From a virus (taxonomy: Duplodnaviria; Caudoviricetes), in IMG/VR virus record IMGVR_UViG_3300027780_000006, positions 15,753 to 79,752 of that record: DNA of 64,000 bases, one strand, 5' to 3'. Under the pieces are notes generated by a model. That model ran no database searches. It saw nothing but the letters and a program-made list of their open reading frames with translations, and was not told the origin of the DNA. The translations under genes and the position numbers were made by a program. Positions 49,651 to 58,019 of the stretch are shown one piece after another (within the stretch, counting starts at the first letter, position 1; the number at the start of each line of letters is the position of its first letter).

Positions 49651-50383
49651 TGTATATATCCTCCGGCTTCCAATTATACCAATTACTTCTAGCTCCTGTC
49701 TCCGAATGTGACTTATTGCCCTCATAAGGTTCCCTGAAGTGATAACTGATTGATATTCTTGGGCTTAGAGTATCAACTTTGTGATACTGCTTTCTCGGTA
49801 TATACAATAAATCTCCATCATCTAGATCAACAGTCTCCATTATAGTAAAATCATTATGATTTCTTGGATCGTGTTGACCTTCAGGGGCAAACTCATTGTA
49901 TATATACCATCTAATCTTTCCACTAACATGGAAAAGAAAGTTGTCTGTGGAGTCCGCATGGATATTAAAAGTCTTTGCTTCTTTATTATTAGAACAGTAT
50001 ATATTAGCACATCCTATGCCATAAAACTTTTCAAATTCCTGCGTTTGTTTCCACATTGTTTTGTTTAAAAATTCAGACAAAGTAATAATAAAACTACTAC
50101 CTGTCCTCCATAACTTTAATATTTGTTCTCTAGTTTTCTTTTCTGGTGACTTTTTCTTACACCACTTTCTTCCATTTGGAAGTACTATTTGTAGTTGTGG
50201 TGTTCTGTCCCACGCTTGTATGTTATACTGATTAAGATAGTTTTCAAACTCCTCCCAAGTAAAGTGGTCTTTAAATATATTGTCTTTTGACTTAATTATA
50301 AAGTGCTTCTTACCTTTGTATTCTTCCATAAATCTTTTTATCCCTATTGGGGATAATAATTTATCTAATGATAGTACGCTCAT
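49634..50383 (-). CDS. JmjC/cupin-4 oxygenase (RoxA/YcfD-like)
   Basis: NIYCS..HADSTDNFLFHVSGKIRW..GDLLYIPR..H..SISY. Confidence 0.8.
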   Translation of the reverse strand: MSVLSLDKLLSPIGIKRFMEEYKGKKHFIIKSKDNIFKDHFTWEEFENYLNQYNIQAWDRTPQLQIVLPNGRKWCKKKSPEKKTREQILKLWRTGSSFIITLSEFLNKTMWKQTQEFEKFYGIGCANIYCSNNKEAKTFNIHADSTDNFLFHVSGKIRWYIYNEFAPEGQHDPRNHNDFTIMETVDLDDGDLLYIPRKQYHKVDTLSPRISISYHFREPYEGNKSHSETGARSNWYNWKPEDIYNGTTE

Positions 50384-51224
50384 TTTCCATTTTCCTTATA
50401 ATATCGGCATAACGCCACCATATCTCCATTAAATCCTGTCTCCAATGGGTTGCTTTTGAAAAGCAATTGTACCTTGGGTGCCAGGGTTGGTAAGATAATC
50501 CTGTTAAATGTAGTTGCCACATATATTCGGCAGAAAACTGCTCTTTCTTCCAAAAGTCCCCTCTGTCTTCGTCACTTACACTTTTACTAGGGTCTGCTCC
50601 ATCGAAAGAGTTCCATCTAGGGTCTATAACATTTACAAATTCTTTTGATTGTTTTTTATGTGGCATACCTAGTTTTTCACCAAACTTGTACTTATAGCTA
50701 GTATTGTTATTTTTGCTCCATTTCTGCATAACATCTATACTATCCATATATGGTTTTGCTTTTTCACAGTCGTATATCATAACACTATCACACCACCAGC
50801 CTCTGCCCTTTCCTTGGCTTCTGCCTAATTTTCCATTATCTGATAAAGCATCCCATACAAACCCGAAAGGTTTATCGTCAAGGTTCGTATCAAATAGATG
50901 TCCTATATTTCTAAAATTAATCATATCTACATCTGTATATAAAGCTCTGCCCTTAAAGTTACATAATTCTGGAACTGCATATCTAAAACAGGTAAAAGGT
51001 GTACCCCAGGTACTTCTATCCCAGTCTGGAAACATAGATGGTCTCAAAAAAGTTATTTCTATATTTCTGTCTACAGGCAAATTTTTATAAATGGAATAGA
51101 TATATATCTGTTCCATTAGGAAATCTTCCTTTTCGCTCGTTCCTATAAATAATCTAATTGTATCTGACATATAACAACTTTGCTCCGGTTTCGCCTTGAA
51201 TTTGGTGAAAAAATCTATTTCCAA
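50361..51224 (-). CDS. GT8-like glycosyltransferase (paralog 2)
   Basis: TPFTCFRYAVPELC..ALYTDVDMI..WNSFD..LHLT..QPW. Confidence 0.75.
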   Translation of the reverse strand: MEIDFFTKFKAKPEQSCYMSDTIRLFIGTSEKEDFLMEQIYIYSIYKNLPVDRNIEITFLRPSMFPDWDRSTWGTPFTCFRYAVPELCNFKGRALYTDVDMINFRNIGHLFDTNLDDKPFGFVWDALSDNGKLGRSQGKGRGWWCDSVMIYDCEKAKPYMDSIDVMQKWSKNNNTSYKYKFGEKLGMPHKKQSKEFVNVIDPRWNSFDGADPSKSVSDEDRGDFWKKEQFSAEYMWQLHLTGLSYQPWHPRYNCFSKATHWRQDLMEIWWRYADIIRKMENERTIIR

Positions 51225-51657
51225 TTAGTATACTATGGTCTTCAATTATTTTATTTTCAGTTATTTTATTTTTACTATAATCAAAAAGCTCTCTATCAGG
51301 AATATCATAAGCAAGATCTAAACGATGCTTATCTTCACTAACGAGAACATATAAAGGAATATCTGTAAGATTAATAATCAGGGAAGGGGTTTTGCAAGTT
51401 AAATGAAAGGATTTCTCTTTTATTTCTATTACTGCTATATTTGTGGGTTTTTGATTGTTTTTGGTTAGTTCTTCTACATAAGTATCAGAATTGTTGTACC
51501 ACCCTGGGTTTGTACAATTATAATTTTCAAATTTTATTATTTGTTTATACAAAGGTACGGTATGAGCATGAGGAAACAGTGTGTCTCTCATGTCAAGGGG
51601 GTAGTCTAAAATGTCAAGAGCGAGAGCTTTTAACTCGCTACTAATAGCTTTTTTCAT
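51154..51657 (-). CDS. Hypothetical protein (possible degenerate cupin)
   Basis: 167 aa; late FHQI..AKLLY resembles the end of a DSBH fold. Confidence 0.45.
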   Translation of the reverse strand: MKKAISSELKALALDILDYPLDMRDTLFPHAHTVPLYKQIIKFENYNCTNPGWYNNSDTYVEELTKNNQKPTNIAVIEIKEKSFHLTCKTPSLIINLTDIPLYVLVSEDKHRLDLAYDIPDRELFDYSKNKITENKIIEDHSILIGNRFFHQIQGETGAKLLYVRYN

Positions 51658-52317
51658 TTAATATGGTGCTCCTGCACCTCTGAAGAATCCTACTATAATA
51701 TCTCTTTTACCTGATACTAGTGGTCTAGATTCGTGTTCATGTATTGATGTAAATATTGTAAGAGAGCCTTTCTTTCTAATTGTAGGAAAAGAATGTCTAA
51801 ATGTTTCTCTTTGTTTTAAAAATTCAGGGGGGCAATTACTATCTATAAATACATCAGGAGTAGTATAACTCTCAACTATCTCTAAATCACCGCCCTCATA
51901 CTCATGACTATGGCTCAGTTGAATACTAAGACTTATCTTTCTAGTTGTCATACCCGTATGGATTTCTTTTAACCCAGGTCTGTAATCTCTATGAGCTCTA
52001 AAGTGCATGCCAGGTTCATCATATCGAACCATATTTATTTCGTGCTTATTTCTTTCATCATAAAGGTGAAACCTATATGAATTATTATTATATAAGTCTA
52101 CAGCTTTCTTTAGTTTATCGTAGAATGGAAACTCTATCCGACTTCTTTTTTTACACTTGCGTATTTTGGAGTTATAACCACTCCATCGTGTTGCCGCTAA
52201 AGGCCACTTCCTATCCTTGTTTATCTCATAAAGCTGAGTTATTTCTTCATCAGATAAAAAATTAGGTATATGCCCTACTATATCGTGCTTATCATGTATA
52301 CTAACTTGCAGGTTCAT
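51658..52317 (-). CDS. 2OG-Fe(II) oxygenase (PKHD-like)
   Basis: AHRD, RKISLSIQLS, YEGGDLE, HES..GKR. Confidence 0.85.
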   Translation of the reverse strand: MNLQVSIHDKHDIVGHIPNFLSDEEITQLYEINKDRKWPLAATRWSGYNSKIRKCKKRSRIEFPFYDKLKKAVDLYNNNSYRFHLYDERNKHEINMVRYDEPGMHFRAHRDYRPGLKEIHTGMTTRKISLSIQLSHSHEYEGGDLEIVESYTTPDVFIDSNCPPEFLKQRETFRHSFPTIRKKGSLTIFTSIHEHESRPLVSGKRDIIVGFFRGAGAPY

Positions 52318-52654
52318 TTATTATAATTCCATTTTGTAACTGTAGTTGTAAGATATGAGCGTGTCTTACATTGTCTACTATAAAGCAGCTAACAGTATAA
52401 TATCCTAACTCCTCTATTATAGAGAGTCTTTGATTGCCATTGTACGCTAATAATTGTTTTTTTGTGTCGTACTCTACAATATTTTCTACATTTCTAATAG
52501 CTTCATCATAATTTATACGACTATTTGGCATTACTATAATGGGATTAGTCAAACCCTCACTTGTAATATCATGTTTTAACGCTTTATACTGGTTTCGGTG
52601 CAGTACTTCAACGTGCGGAGCGATAAAGTCAACTGCAATCTGCATAGTTTGCAT
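52301..52654 (-). CDS. ParB/Srx-like protein
   Basis: DITSEGLTNPII..NGNQRL. Confidence 0.55.
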   Translation of the reverse strand: MQTMQIAVDFIAPHVEVLHRNQYKALKHDITSEGLTNPIIVMPNSRINYDEAIRNVENIVEYDTKKQLLAYNGNQRLSIIEELGYYTVSCFIVDNVRHAHILQLQLQNGIIINEPAS

Positions 52655-52881
52655 ACTTAGATTAACTAAACCCCTGTCTGGGTCAAAATACTGTATCGTT
52701 TGTGAACTATTATTTTTAGCTATCAGTTCTATTTTGTATCTCCAATTTTTCGAGTCTACACTCTAAAAGTTCGCACCATTCTTCTAATTCTTCAAATCTC
52801 ATCTGTATTGTAGGGTTAGTTTCTAGTATATCACTACCCTGCTCCATGATTTTTAAGTATCTCCACTTTGCTAAAAAATTA

Positions 52882-53499
52882 CTAAGCACTGTTCACTAAA
52901 GTACAGGCTTCATCCCATGCTTTCCTGTTAGTTGATGGAATTGCCATCTCTATAACACATCTAGGTTTTTTACCAAAGTTTCTATCAGCCATCCAATCGG
53001 TATTACCATTCATCTCACCTATTAAACAAGTCCAGTCTCCATTTTGTGTTGAATGTTGGTCAGGTATCTTTTTATACCTTTTATCTGCTACAAACCTTGT
53101 TTCTCCTCTGTCGACATTGTGAATAAATCTAATGAATAACTTTGGTTTCCCTTTACTATTCTGCCATCCATTCCATCCCCAGTAAGGTACCATAGCAGCA
53201 TAAGTGTCCCAATACCATTTACTTGTTCCTGTATATTTTTTAAAACTACCTAGAAATACATCCCTAAAAACTTTTAGGTCATTTGCAGTATCTATAACAG
53301 CATTTCTACCTACCCAATCAATAGTATTACTAATTTCTATTTTTCCATCATTGGCAGTAATCTTTGCTCTGAGAGCACCCATACTTACATTTGGAGATGG
53401 GAACTGATTATAGGTTGCTGGTTGGTTATAAATACTTTGAGCCATATTATCTAATCTACTTATAACTTGTAAATTTTTTATTTTAAGTGCTTTTATCAT
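52882..53499 (-). CDS. Hypothetical protein (possible cupin-like)
   Basis: 205 aa, Trp-rich; late W..N..RCVIE pattern. Confidence 0.45.
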   Translation of the reverse strand: MIKALKIKNLQVISRLDNMAQSIYNQPATYNQFPSPNVSMGALRAKITANDGKIEISNTIDWVGRNAVIDTANDLKVFRDVFLGSFKKYTGTSKWYWDTYAAMVPYWGWNGWQNSKGKPKLFIRFIHNVDRGETRFVADKRYKKIPDQHSTQNGDWTCLIGEMNGNTDWMADRNFGKKPRCVIEMAIPSTNRKAWDEACTLVNSA

Positions 53500-53867
53500 T
53501 TTAGTGCTTCTGGGTCTGTTACTTTTTCATAGTAAACTACGACCTCTTTGAGTTCTGTAATATAACGCTTTAATTCTTGCATATTATACGACATTAACTC
53601 ATAATCTGGTATTGACATGGCTACAAATACTACTTGTCCATGTTCTTTAGTTAATCTTTCGTGAAACTCATCAATGTTTTTGTCACTAACAACATACCAT
53701 AAAGGTATTTTTAAATCTATCTCTCTAGGCATTATTGGCTGTGCTATGTTTCTATCCATAGGCTTTGCTGTTATTTCTATCTGTTTAGTTGGTAGTAGAC
53801 TGCAACTCGACGCCATTATCAAGACTGTCGATAGTACGGCTAATTTCTTCGATTGACTCAAATACAT
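53496..53867 (-). CDS. Lipoprotein, o-spanin (Rz1)-like
   Basis: Signal peptide with lipobox ASSC; overlaps the i-spanin-like gene. Confidence 0.7.
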   Translation of the reverse strand: MYLSQSKKLAVLSTVLIMASSCSLLPTKQIEITAKPMDRNIAQPIMPREIDLKIPLWYVVSDKNIDEFHERLTKEHGQVVFVAMSIPDYELMSYNMQELKRYITELKEVVVYYEKVTDPEALK

Positions 53868-54180
53868 TTTTAGTTCCTTTATTTATCTTTGGTTCTAGTA
53901 AGCCCGGTTTTGCGGCTGCTAGTTTGGTTAAATTATGTCTTTTAAAAATGTCTAGGTATCTATTCATTTCTAACTGTGTTTGCTGGGACTTCTGTTGAAG
54001 TGCTCCTAGCTGTTGTGTTTGCAGAGCAAAGTCGTTCTGCATATTACTAATTGCCGCTTCTTGTGTAGCAACTGCACCTTCTAGTGCCATATTGTTTGCT
54101 GTTAGTACTTGATTTTGTTGGTATAGGTAATAACTACCTAGTCCTAGTACTAATATAATTCCGATATAAAGTTGGTTCAT
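53785..54180 (-). CDS. i-spanin (Rz)-like protein
   Basis: N-terminal TM helix followed by coiled coil; downstream of the lysozyme. Confidence 0.7.
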   Translation of the reverse strand: MNQLYIGIILVLGLGSYYLYQQNQVLTANNMALEGAVATQEAAISNMQNDFALQTQQLGALQQKSQQTQLEMNRYLDIFKRHNLTKLAAAKPGLLEPKINKGTKNVFESIEEISRTIDSLDNGVELQSTTN

Positions 54181-54428
54181 AGTTCTTTTATCCTGTAGTT
54201 GAGCCCTTCAGCTCCTCGTATTTCTACTATCTCACCTTCTTCGGTTTTGAACTTAAGATATTTATCTTGTTTCTTATAAAAGTGTGATACTGTGAAAGTT
54301 TGGTCGTCTTCGTCGCCATAGGTAGAATTATAACTTACAGTTAGTTCGTGATAGGTTAGAAATAGATTTTTAAACCAAAACCAGAGTTGTTTTAGTTTTT
54401 CCCAGTTTTCCTGTTGTTTTTTAGACAT
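54177..54428 (-). CDS. Small hypothetical protein
   Basis: 83 aa within the lysis cassette. Confidence 0.55.
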   Translation of the reverse strand: MSKKQQENWEKLKQLWFWFKNLFLTYHELTVSYNSTYGDEDDQTFTVSHFYKKQDKYLKFKTEEGEIVEIRGAEGLNYRIKEL

Positions 54429-54864
54429 GTTCCCAGATTGCTCCTTGATAGAGCAATGCTTCTGCTTCTCGTCTACGAATTAGCCCGTCTAGTACTTTCC
54501 CACCTGCTTTGTTCCACCTTTTGATTTGAGCAGGTACTCCAGCATGATCGCCAGAGTTGATGACTTTCAACATTGTTGAAGCTTGTAGATTTCCATTACC
54601 GAGATTGAACACCCAAGATACCAGTGCGTCGAACTGATTTTGAGAAAGTGGAACCGTTACCGCTGTGTTCACATAAGTTTCGTACTCCTTCATCTCGTGG
54701 TCAAACATATCATCTGCTTGTTGTTGTGTTATTGTTTGTCCTCTTTCGACATTTTTGATGGTACCATAACCTATAGTCCATACTCCGGCGGCACACCTAT
54801 ATGCCTCTAGTTTGCATCCTTCAAACTTCTTGATTAATGCTTTCCCTTCTGCTGATATGTTCAT
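54421..54864 (-). CDS. Lysozyme (GH24) endolysin
   Basis: IKKFEG..YRCAAGVWTIGYG, QFDALVSWVFNLG and GLIRRREAE; start after AGAGGA. Confidence 0.93.
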   Translation of the reverse strand: MNISAEGKALIKKFEGCKLEAYRCAAGVWTIGYGTIKNVERGQTITQQQADDMFDHEMKEYETYVNTAVTVPLSQNQFDALVSWVFNLGNGNLQASTMLKVINSGDHAGVPAQIKRWNKAGGKVLDGLIRRREAEALLYQGAIWEHV

Positions 54865-54908
54865 AGTGTGTTCCTCTCTCATTTTTAAGTACATAATTTT
54901 ATATATAA

Positions 54909-54932
54909 AGTGGGGAAGCTTGCACTTCCCCT
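54909..54932 (-). terminator. Hairpin downstream of the hsp20 unit
   Basis: GGGGAAG/CTTCCCC stem; weak U-tract. Confidence 0.55.
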
Positions 54933-55074
54933 GTTGTTTTGTTTTCAATAAACTAAGTCAAAGGTGCGACTGCTAGAAAGACCACTGTGCTGACTGCTAC
55001 TAATAGTAACATCTCCACTGCATCTTCTACATCTACCCTGTTTAATTCATCTCGAACTTTAAAAGCTAATGCTT

Positions 55075-55455
55075 TCATGTTATCTCCAATATTTTCCTTT
55101 TAGAGTTTGGAGTCCGAGTTAGTTGTATTGTTAATAATCCGTCTTGTAGACCTACATCTGTTACTTGTAAGTCAGGATTAAGAATAAATCTTCTCTCAAA
55201 GCTTTTTAAACTTAGTCCCTGATGTAGGAATTTCTCCCCTTCATCTAGTTTTGTTGTTTTATTACCCTTGATATGGAGTTCTTCGCCATCAGCGATAATC
55301 TCCAGTTCTGTTTTATTCCAACCTGGTACAGCAATGTCTATTTTAAAGCCACCACTACTTTCAATTAAGTTATATCTAGGATAAGAACTCTCCGTATAAG
55401 ACGGCATAAGCCCATTATCTAATCCAAGCCAAAATTTAGTTAAATCAATACTCAT
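55075..55455 (-). CDS. Small heat-shock protein (Hsp20)
   Basis: YPRYNLI, IAVPG, LHQGLS..FERRF and GLLTI. Confidence 0.93.
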   Translation of the reverse strand: MSIDLTKFWLGLDNGLMPSYTESSYPRYNLIESSGGFKIDIAVPGWNKTELEIIADGEELHIKGNKTTKLDEGEKFLHQGLSLKSFERRFILNPDLQVTDVGLQDGLLTIQLTRTPNSKRKILEIT

Positions 55456-55545
55456 TATATTTTTCCTCCAAATAATCTTTTCAGTATTACTTTGTCTTGC
55501 CTTTCGGTCAAGACGCCAAAATGTAAGCGAGTTATTTCACTTACA
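55456..55545 (-). promoter_or_regulatory. Structured hsp20 5' UTR (possible RNA thermometer)
   Basis: Two clear hairpins plus a weak AU-rich hairpin reaching the GGAGG SD. Confidence 0.45.
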
Positions 55546-55550
55546 AATAA

Positions 55551-55579
55551 ATTATATCAAAATTTAACCTTAATGTCAA
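55551..55579 (-). promoter_or_regulatory. sigma70-type promoter (hsp20)
   Basis: TTGACA-17-TATAAT. Confidence 0.85.
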
Positions 55580-55582
55580 GAA

Positions 55583-55729
55583 CTATTTTTCGTTGTCAAA
55601 CTCGATTATACCTTCTGTCTCCAGAAAGTCTATCGTTGACTCTATTCCTAACTGTCTTCCAATGTTATATGAAATGCCGATAAGGCAGATTGTGATTATA
55701 ATGTAGTTTACATCTATATTTTCTATCAT
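55583..55729 (-). CDS. 48-aa membrane peptide (below the ORF-track cut-off)
   Basis: MIENIDVNYIIITICLIGISYNIG..; the ATG lies 6 nt after a TATAAT box. Confidence 0.6.
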   Translation of the reverse strand: MIENIDVNYIIITICLIGISYNIGRQLGIESTIDFLETEGIIEFDNEK

Positions 55730-55735
55730 AGCAAT

Positions 55736-55764
55736 ATTATATCAACTTTCTCAGTATTTGTCAA
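55736..55764 (-). promoter_or_regulatory. sigma70-type promoter
   Basis: TTGACA-17-TATAAT; divergent from the promoter at 55812. Confidence 0.85.
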
Positions 55765-55811
55765 GAACTATATAAATGAGTCAAAATAATTCAACCCTCA
55801 AAAAATAGTTC

Positions 55812-55840
55812 TTGACAGGAGTTAAAAAATAGTTCATAAT
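55812..55840 (+). promoter_or_regulatory. sigma70-type promoter (methyltransferase)
   Basis: TTGACA-17-CATAAT. Confidence 0.75.
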
Positions 55841-55846
55841 AACAGT

Positions 55847-56428
55847 ATGAAAACAATATCCGAAGAATACAGACAAGTATTAATACAAACACATAAAAAG
55901 TATAAAGGCACGTGGGGAAACTCAGGACTAAGACTATGGAGCAACGCCTTTCTAGGAATAATGCGTTTTCAAAAGTTCAATAGAGTACTAGATTATGGTG
56001 CAGGTTGGGGGATGGTCAAAGATGGCTTATCAAAAACACATCCTCATATTGAAGTCATAGAATATGAACCATCTAGAGCAGAAGTGGCAGCCTCCCCCGA
56101 ACCTTGTGAAATGGTTATTTGTCATGATGTACTAGAGCATGTTGAACCAGAATACCTAGATAATGTAATAGCAGACTTAAAAAGAGTAACTCTGAAGTGG
56201 GGGCATTTTTCTGTGTCTACTAAACCTGCTGTAGCAAGACTATCAGATGGGCGAAATGCTCACTTAATAGTAGAAAATTTCGAGTGGTGGATAATGAAAT
56301 TAGCTCCGCACTTTTATATTCGACGAGCTAACCATCCCAATAGAAATCGAGTTGCAGGAGAGTTTTGGGTTGAAAGAAAGGATGAGCTTGACTTAAAAGC
56401 TATAGAGCTACAGAAAAATAGTTCTTGA
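55847..56428 (+). CDS. Class I SAM-dependent methyltransferase
   Basis: VLDYGAG, EYEP and DVLEHV. Confidence 0.88.
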   Translation: MKTISEEYRQVLIQTHKKYKGTWGNSGLRLWSNAFLGIMRFQKFNRVLDYGAGWGMVKDGLSKTHPHIEVIEYEPSRAEVAASPEPCEMVICHDVLEHVEPEYLDNVIADLKRVTLKWGHFSVSTKPAVARLSDGRNAHLIVENFEWWIMKLAPHFYIRRANHPNRNRVAGEFWVERKDELDLKAIELQKNSS

Positions 56429-56453
56429 CACGAATAAAAAATTCATTTATAAT
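56425..56453 (+). promoter_or_regulatory. sigma70-type promoter (HTH-bS21)
   Basis: TTGACA-17-TATAAT. Confidence 0.85.
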
Positions 56454-56459
56454 ATACTT

Positions 56460-56648
56460 ATGAAATGGACTGATAACGAAAAACAATTTTTGAAACGAAA
56501 CTACAATGATATGTCAACGGAAGACATTGCATCCAAACTGGGTCGCAATCCGTCAAATATCGCCTCACAGATATACTATCTAAGAAAAAGAGGTTGGACA
56601 TTCAACTCTAAGAAAGACAAACGAGAGGAAGTAAATGCCGAGCATTGA
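56460..56648 (+). CDS. Small HTH DNA-binding protein
   Basis: WTDNEKQFL..EDIASKLGRNPSNI. Confidence 0.7.
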   Translation: MKWTDNEKQFLKRNYNDMSTEDIASKLGRNPSNIASQIYYLRKRGWTFNSKKDKREEVNAEH

Positions 56649-56886
56649 TTGTAAAAATATGCCTGTTGAAAAGGCAATTCGTATCTTCCGTAGAAAGTGT
56701 GATAACGCTGGGATTAAAGAAGAATGTCGAGAAAGACAACATTTTGAGAAACCATCAGCAGTTAAATATGAGCATAGAAAAGCAACTAAAAGGAAACGTA
56801 CTAGAGACTTACAAAAGGAGCAAGACCTTTTTGCAACGAGAAAAACATTTAGAACTGCTCCAAAAAAGAAAAGTCGAAGAAGTTAA
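56635..56886 (+). CDS. rpsU: 30S ribosomal protein bS21 homolog
   Basis: EKAIRIFRRKC..GI..E.RERQHFEKPS bS21 signature; extended basic tail. Confidence 0.85.
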   Translation: MPSIDCKNMPVEKAIRIFRRKCDNAGIKEECRERQHFEKPSAVKYEHRKATKRKRTRDLQKEQDLFATRKTFRTAPKKKSRRS

Positions 56887-56998
56887 AGTCCTCACGAAAT
56901 ACCACCCAAGAACAATCACCAACTAAAGTCTTAATATATTTTATTATAACTACATCCCATACCAATACGATAATCCATACCCCTAGGAAAAACACTTC

Positions 56999-57027
56999 TT
57001 GCTTTATGATAAAAGTTGTGATATAAT
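56999..57027 (+). promoter_or_regulatory. Orphan sigma70-type promoter
   Basis: TTGCTT-17-TATAAT with TG extension; no long ORF downstream. Confidence 0.6.
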
Positions 57028-57314
57028 AAATGTATAATTAGATAATGAGCTAATACAAACTACCGATTATGGATGTTACTTCTAATCTGTGAATCGACTG
57101 ATAGGAAGCGTAAGCGGACTATCAAGGAGTCACTAATCATGAAGAAAAACTATCCATTAATTGTATAAACATATCAACTAAGATAAACCAAGCATAATCT
57201 AAAACATCTAAAATGACTTACTCAAGTCATAACAACTCTAAATAACTAACAATTACTAAAAACTTCTCTTTAATTTGCTCAACCCCTTCCAACCAAAATT
57301 TTTTAAGCAGGTAC

Positions 57315-57340
57315 AAAAAAGCCACTACTTGAGTGGCTAT
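57315..57340 (-). terminator. Rho-independent terminator of the early cluster
   Basis: AGCCACT/AGTGGCT stem followed by T6. Confidence 0.8.
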
Positions 57341-57372
57341 ATCTTGTTTCTTGAAACTTGTACTATTTCTAG

Positions 57373-57579
57373 CTAAGCGTTGGGACTTCTTACGATGTTA
57401 GAATCTTGTAGTATCCTTAGACGTTGAGTCTCTATAGTCGTACGATAGTCATCAGCGAATTTTAATCTCATTTGAAAACCCGTTGGGGTTTCGGTTAAGC
57501 CAAGACACTCTGCATAATGTCCATGCTTATCCACTAGGTCAAAGTTTCTCGGGTCTTTTGTTAGTTTTGCTACACGCAT
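57373..57579 (-). CDS. Small hypothetical protein
   Basis: 68 aa, followed by a terminator. Confidence 0.55.
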   Translation of the reverse strand: MRVAKLTKDPRNFDLVDKHGHYAECLGLTETPTGFQMRLKFADDYRTTIETQRLRILQDSNIVRSPNA

Positions 57580-57896
57580 TTTATAATCTCCAGTTGGGTT
57601 TCAATATGTTTCAGTGCTTCTTTCGGAGCTTTCTCTAGTCCTATTAATTCATTCGAGGTTGTTCCTAGTTCCTCTGCTATGCTTTGCACCAGCTGGGACT
57701 TGGTGACTGGCTTTTCACCCGCTTTGGTTACGTACTCGGTTTTCTTGTACACACCTTCTCTTGACAATTTTCCAATTATCGATTTAACACTCTTGTTCAT
57801 GTCCTGAGCTAAAAGCTCTACTGTTTCTCTAGTAGGTGTTTCAATATATTCTTTTATCATTGTACTTACCTGTTCTTCTGTATAGTTTAATGCCAT
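57570..57896 (-). CDS. A2/D3-family DNA-binding protein (paralog)
   Basis: NYTEEQV..KSVKSIIGKLSREGVY..VTK; clearly paralogous to 62502..62816. Confidence 0.7.
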   Translation of the reverse strand: MALNYTEEQVSTMIKEYIETPTRETVELLAQDMNKSVKSIIGKLSREGVYKKTEYVTKAGEKPVTKSQLVQSIAEELGTTSNELIGLEKAPKEALKHIETQLEIIKCV

Positions 57897-58019
57897 GCAT
57901 CCTCCCATTTTATTATTTGTTGTTTAACTCTATGGGTTGATATTCCCCACTCCTCTGCTGCTACCTCTATAGCTTCTTCAGTTCCGTACTGACCTTCCCA
58001 TTCCATAAACTGGTCTTCT

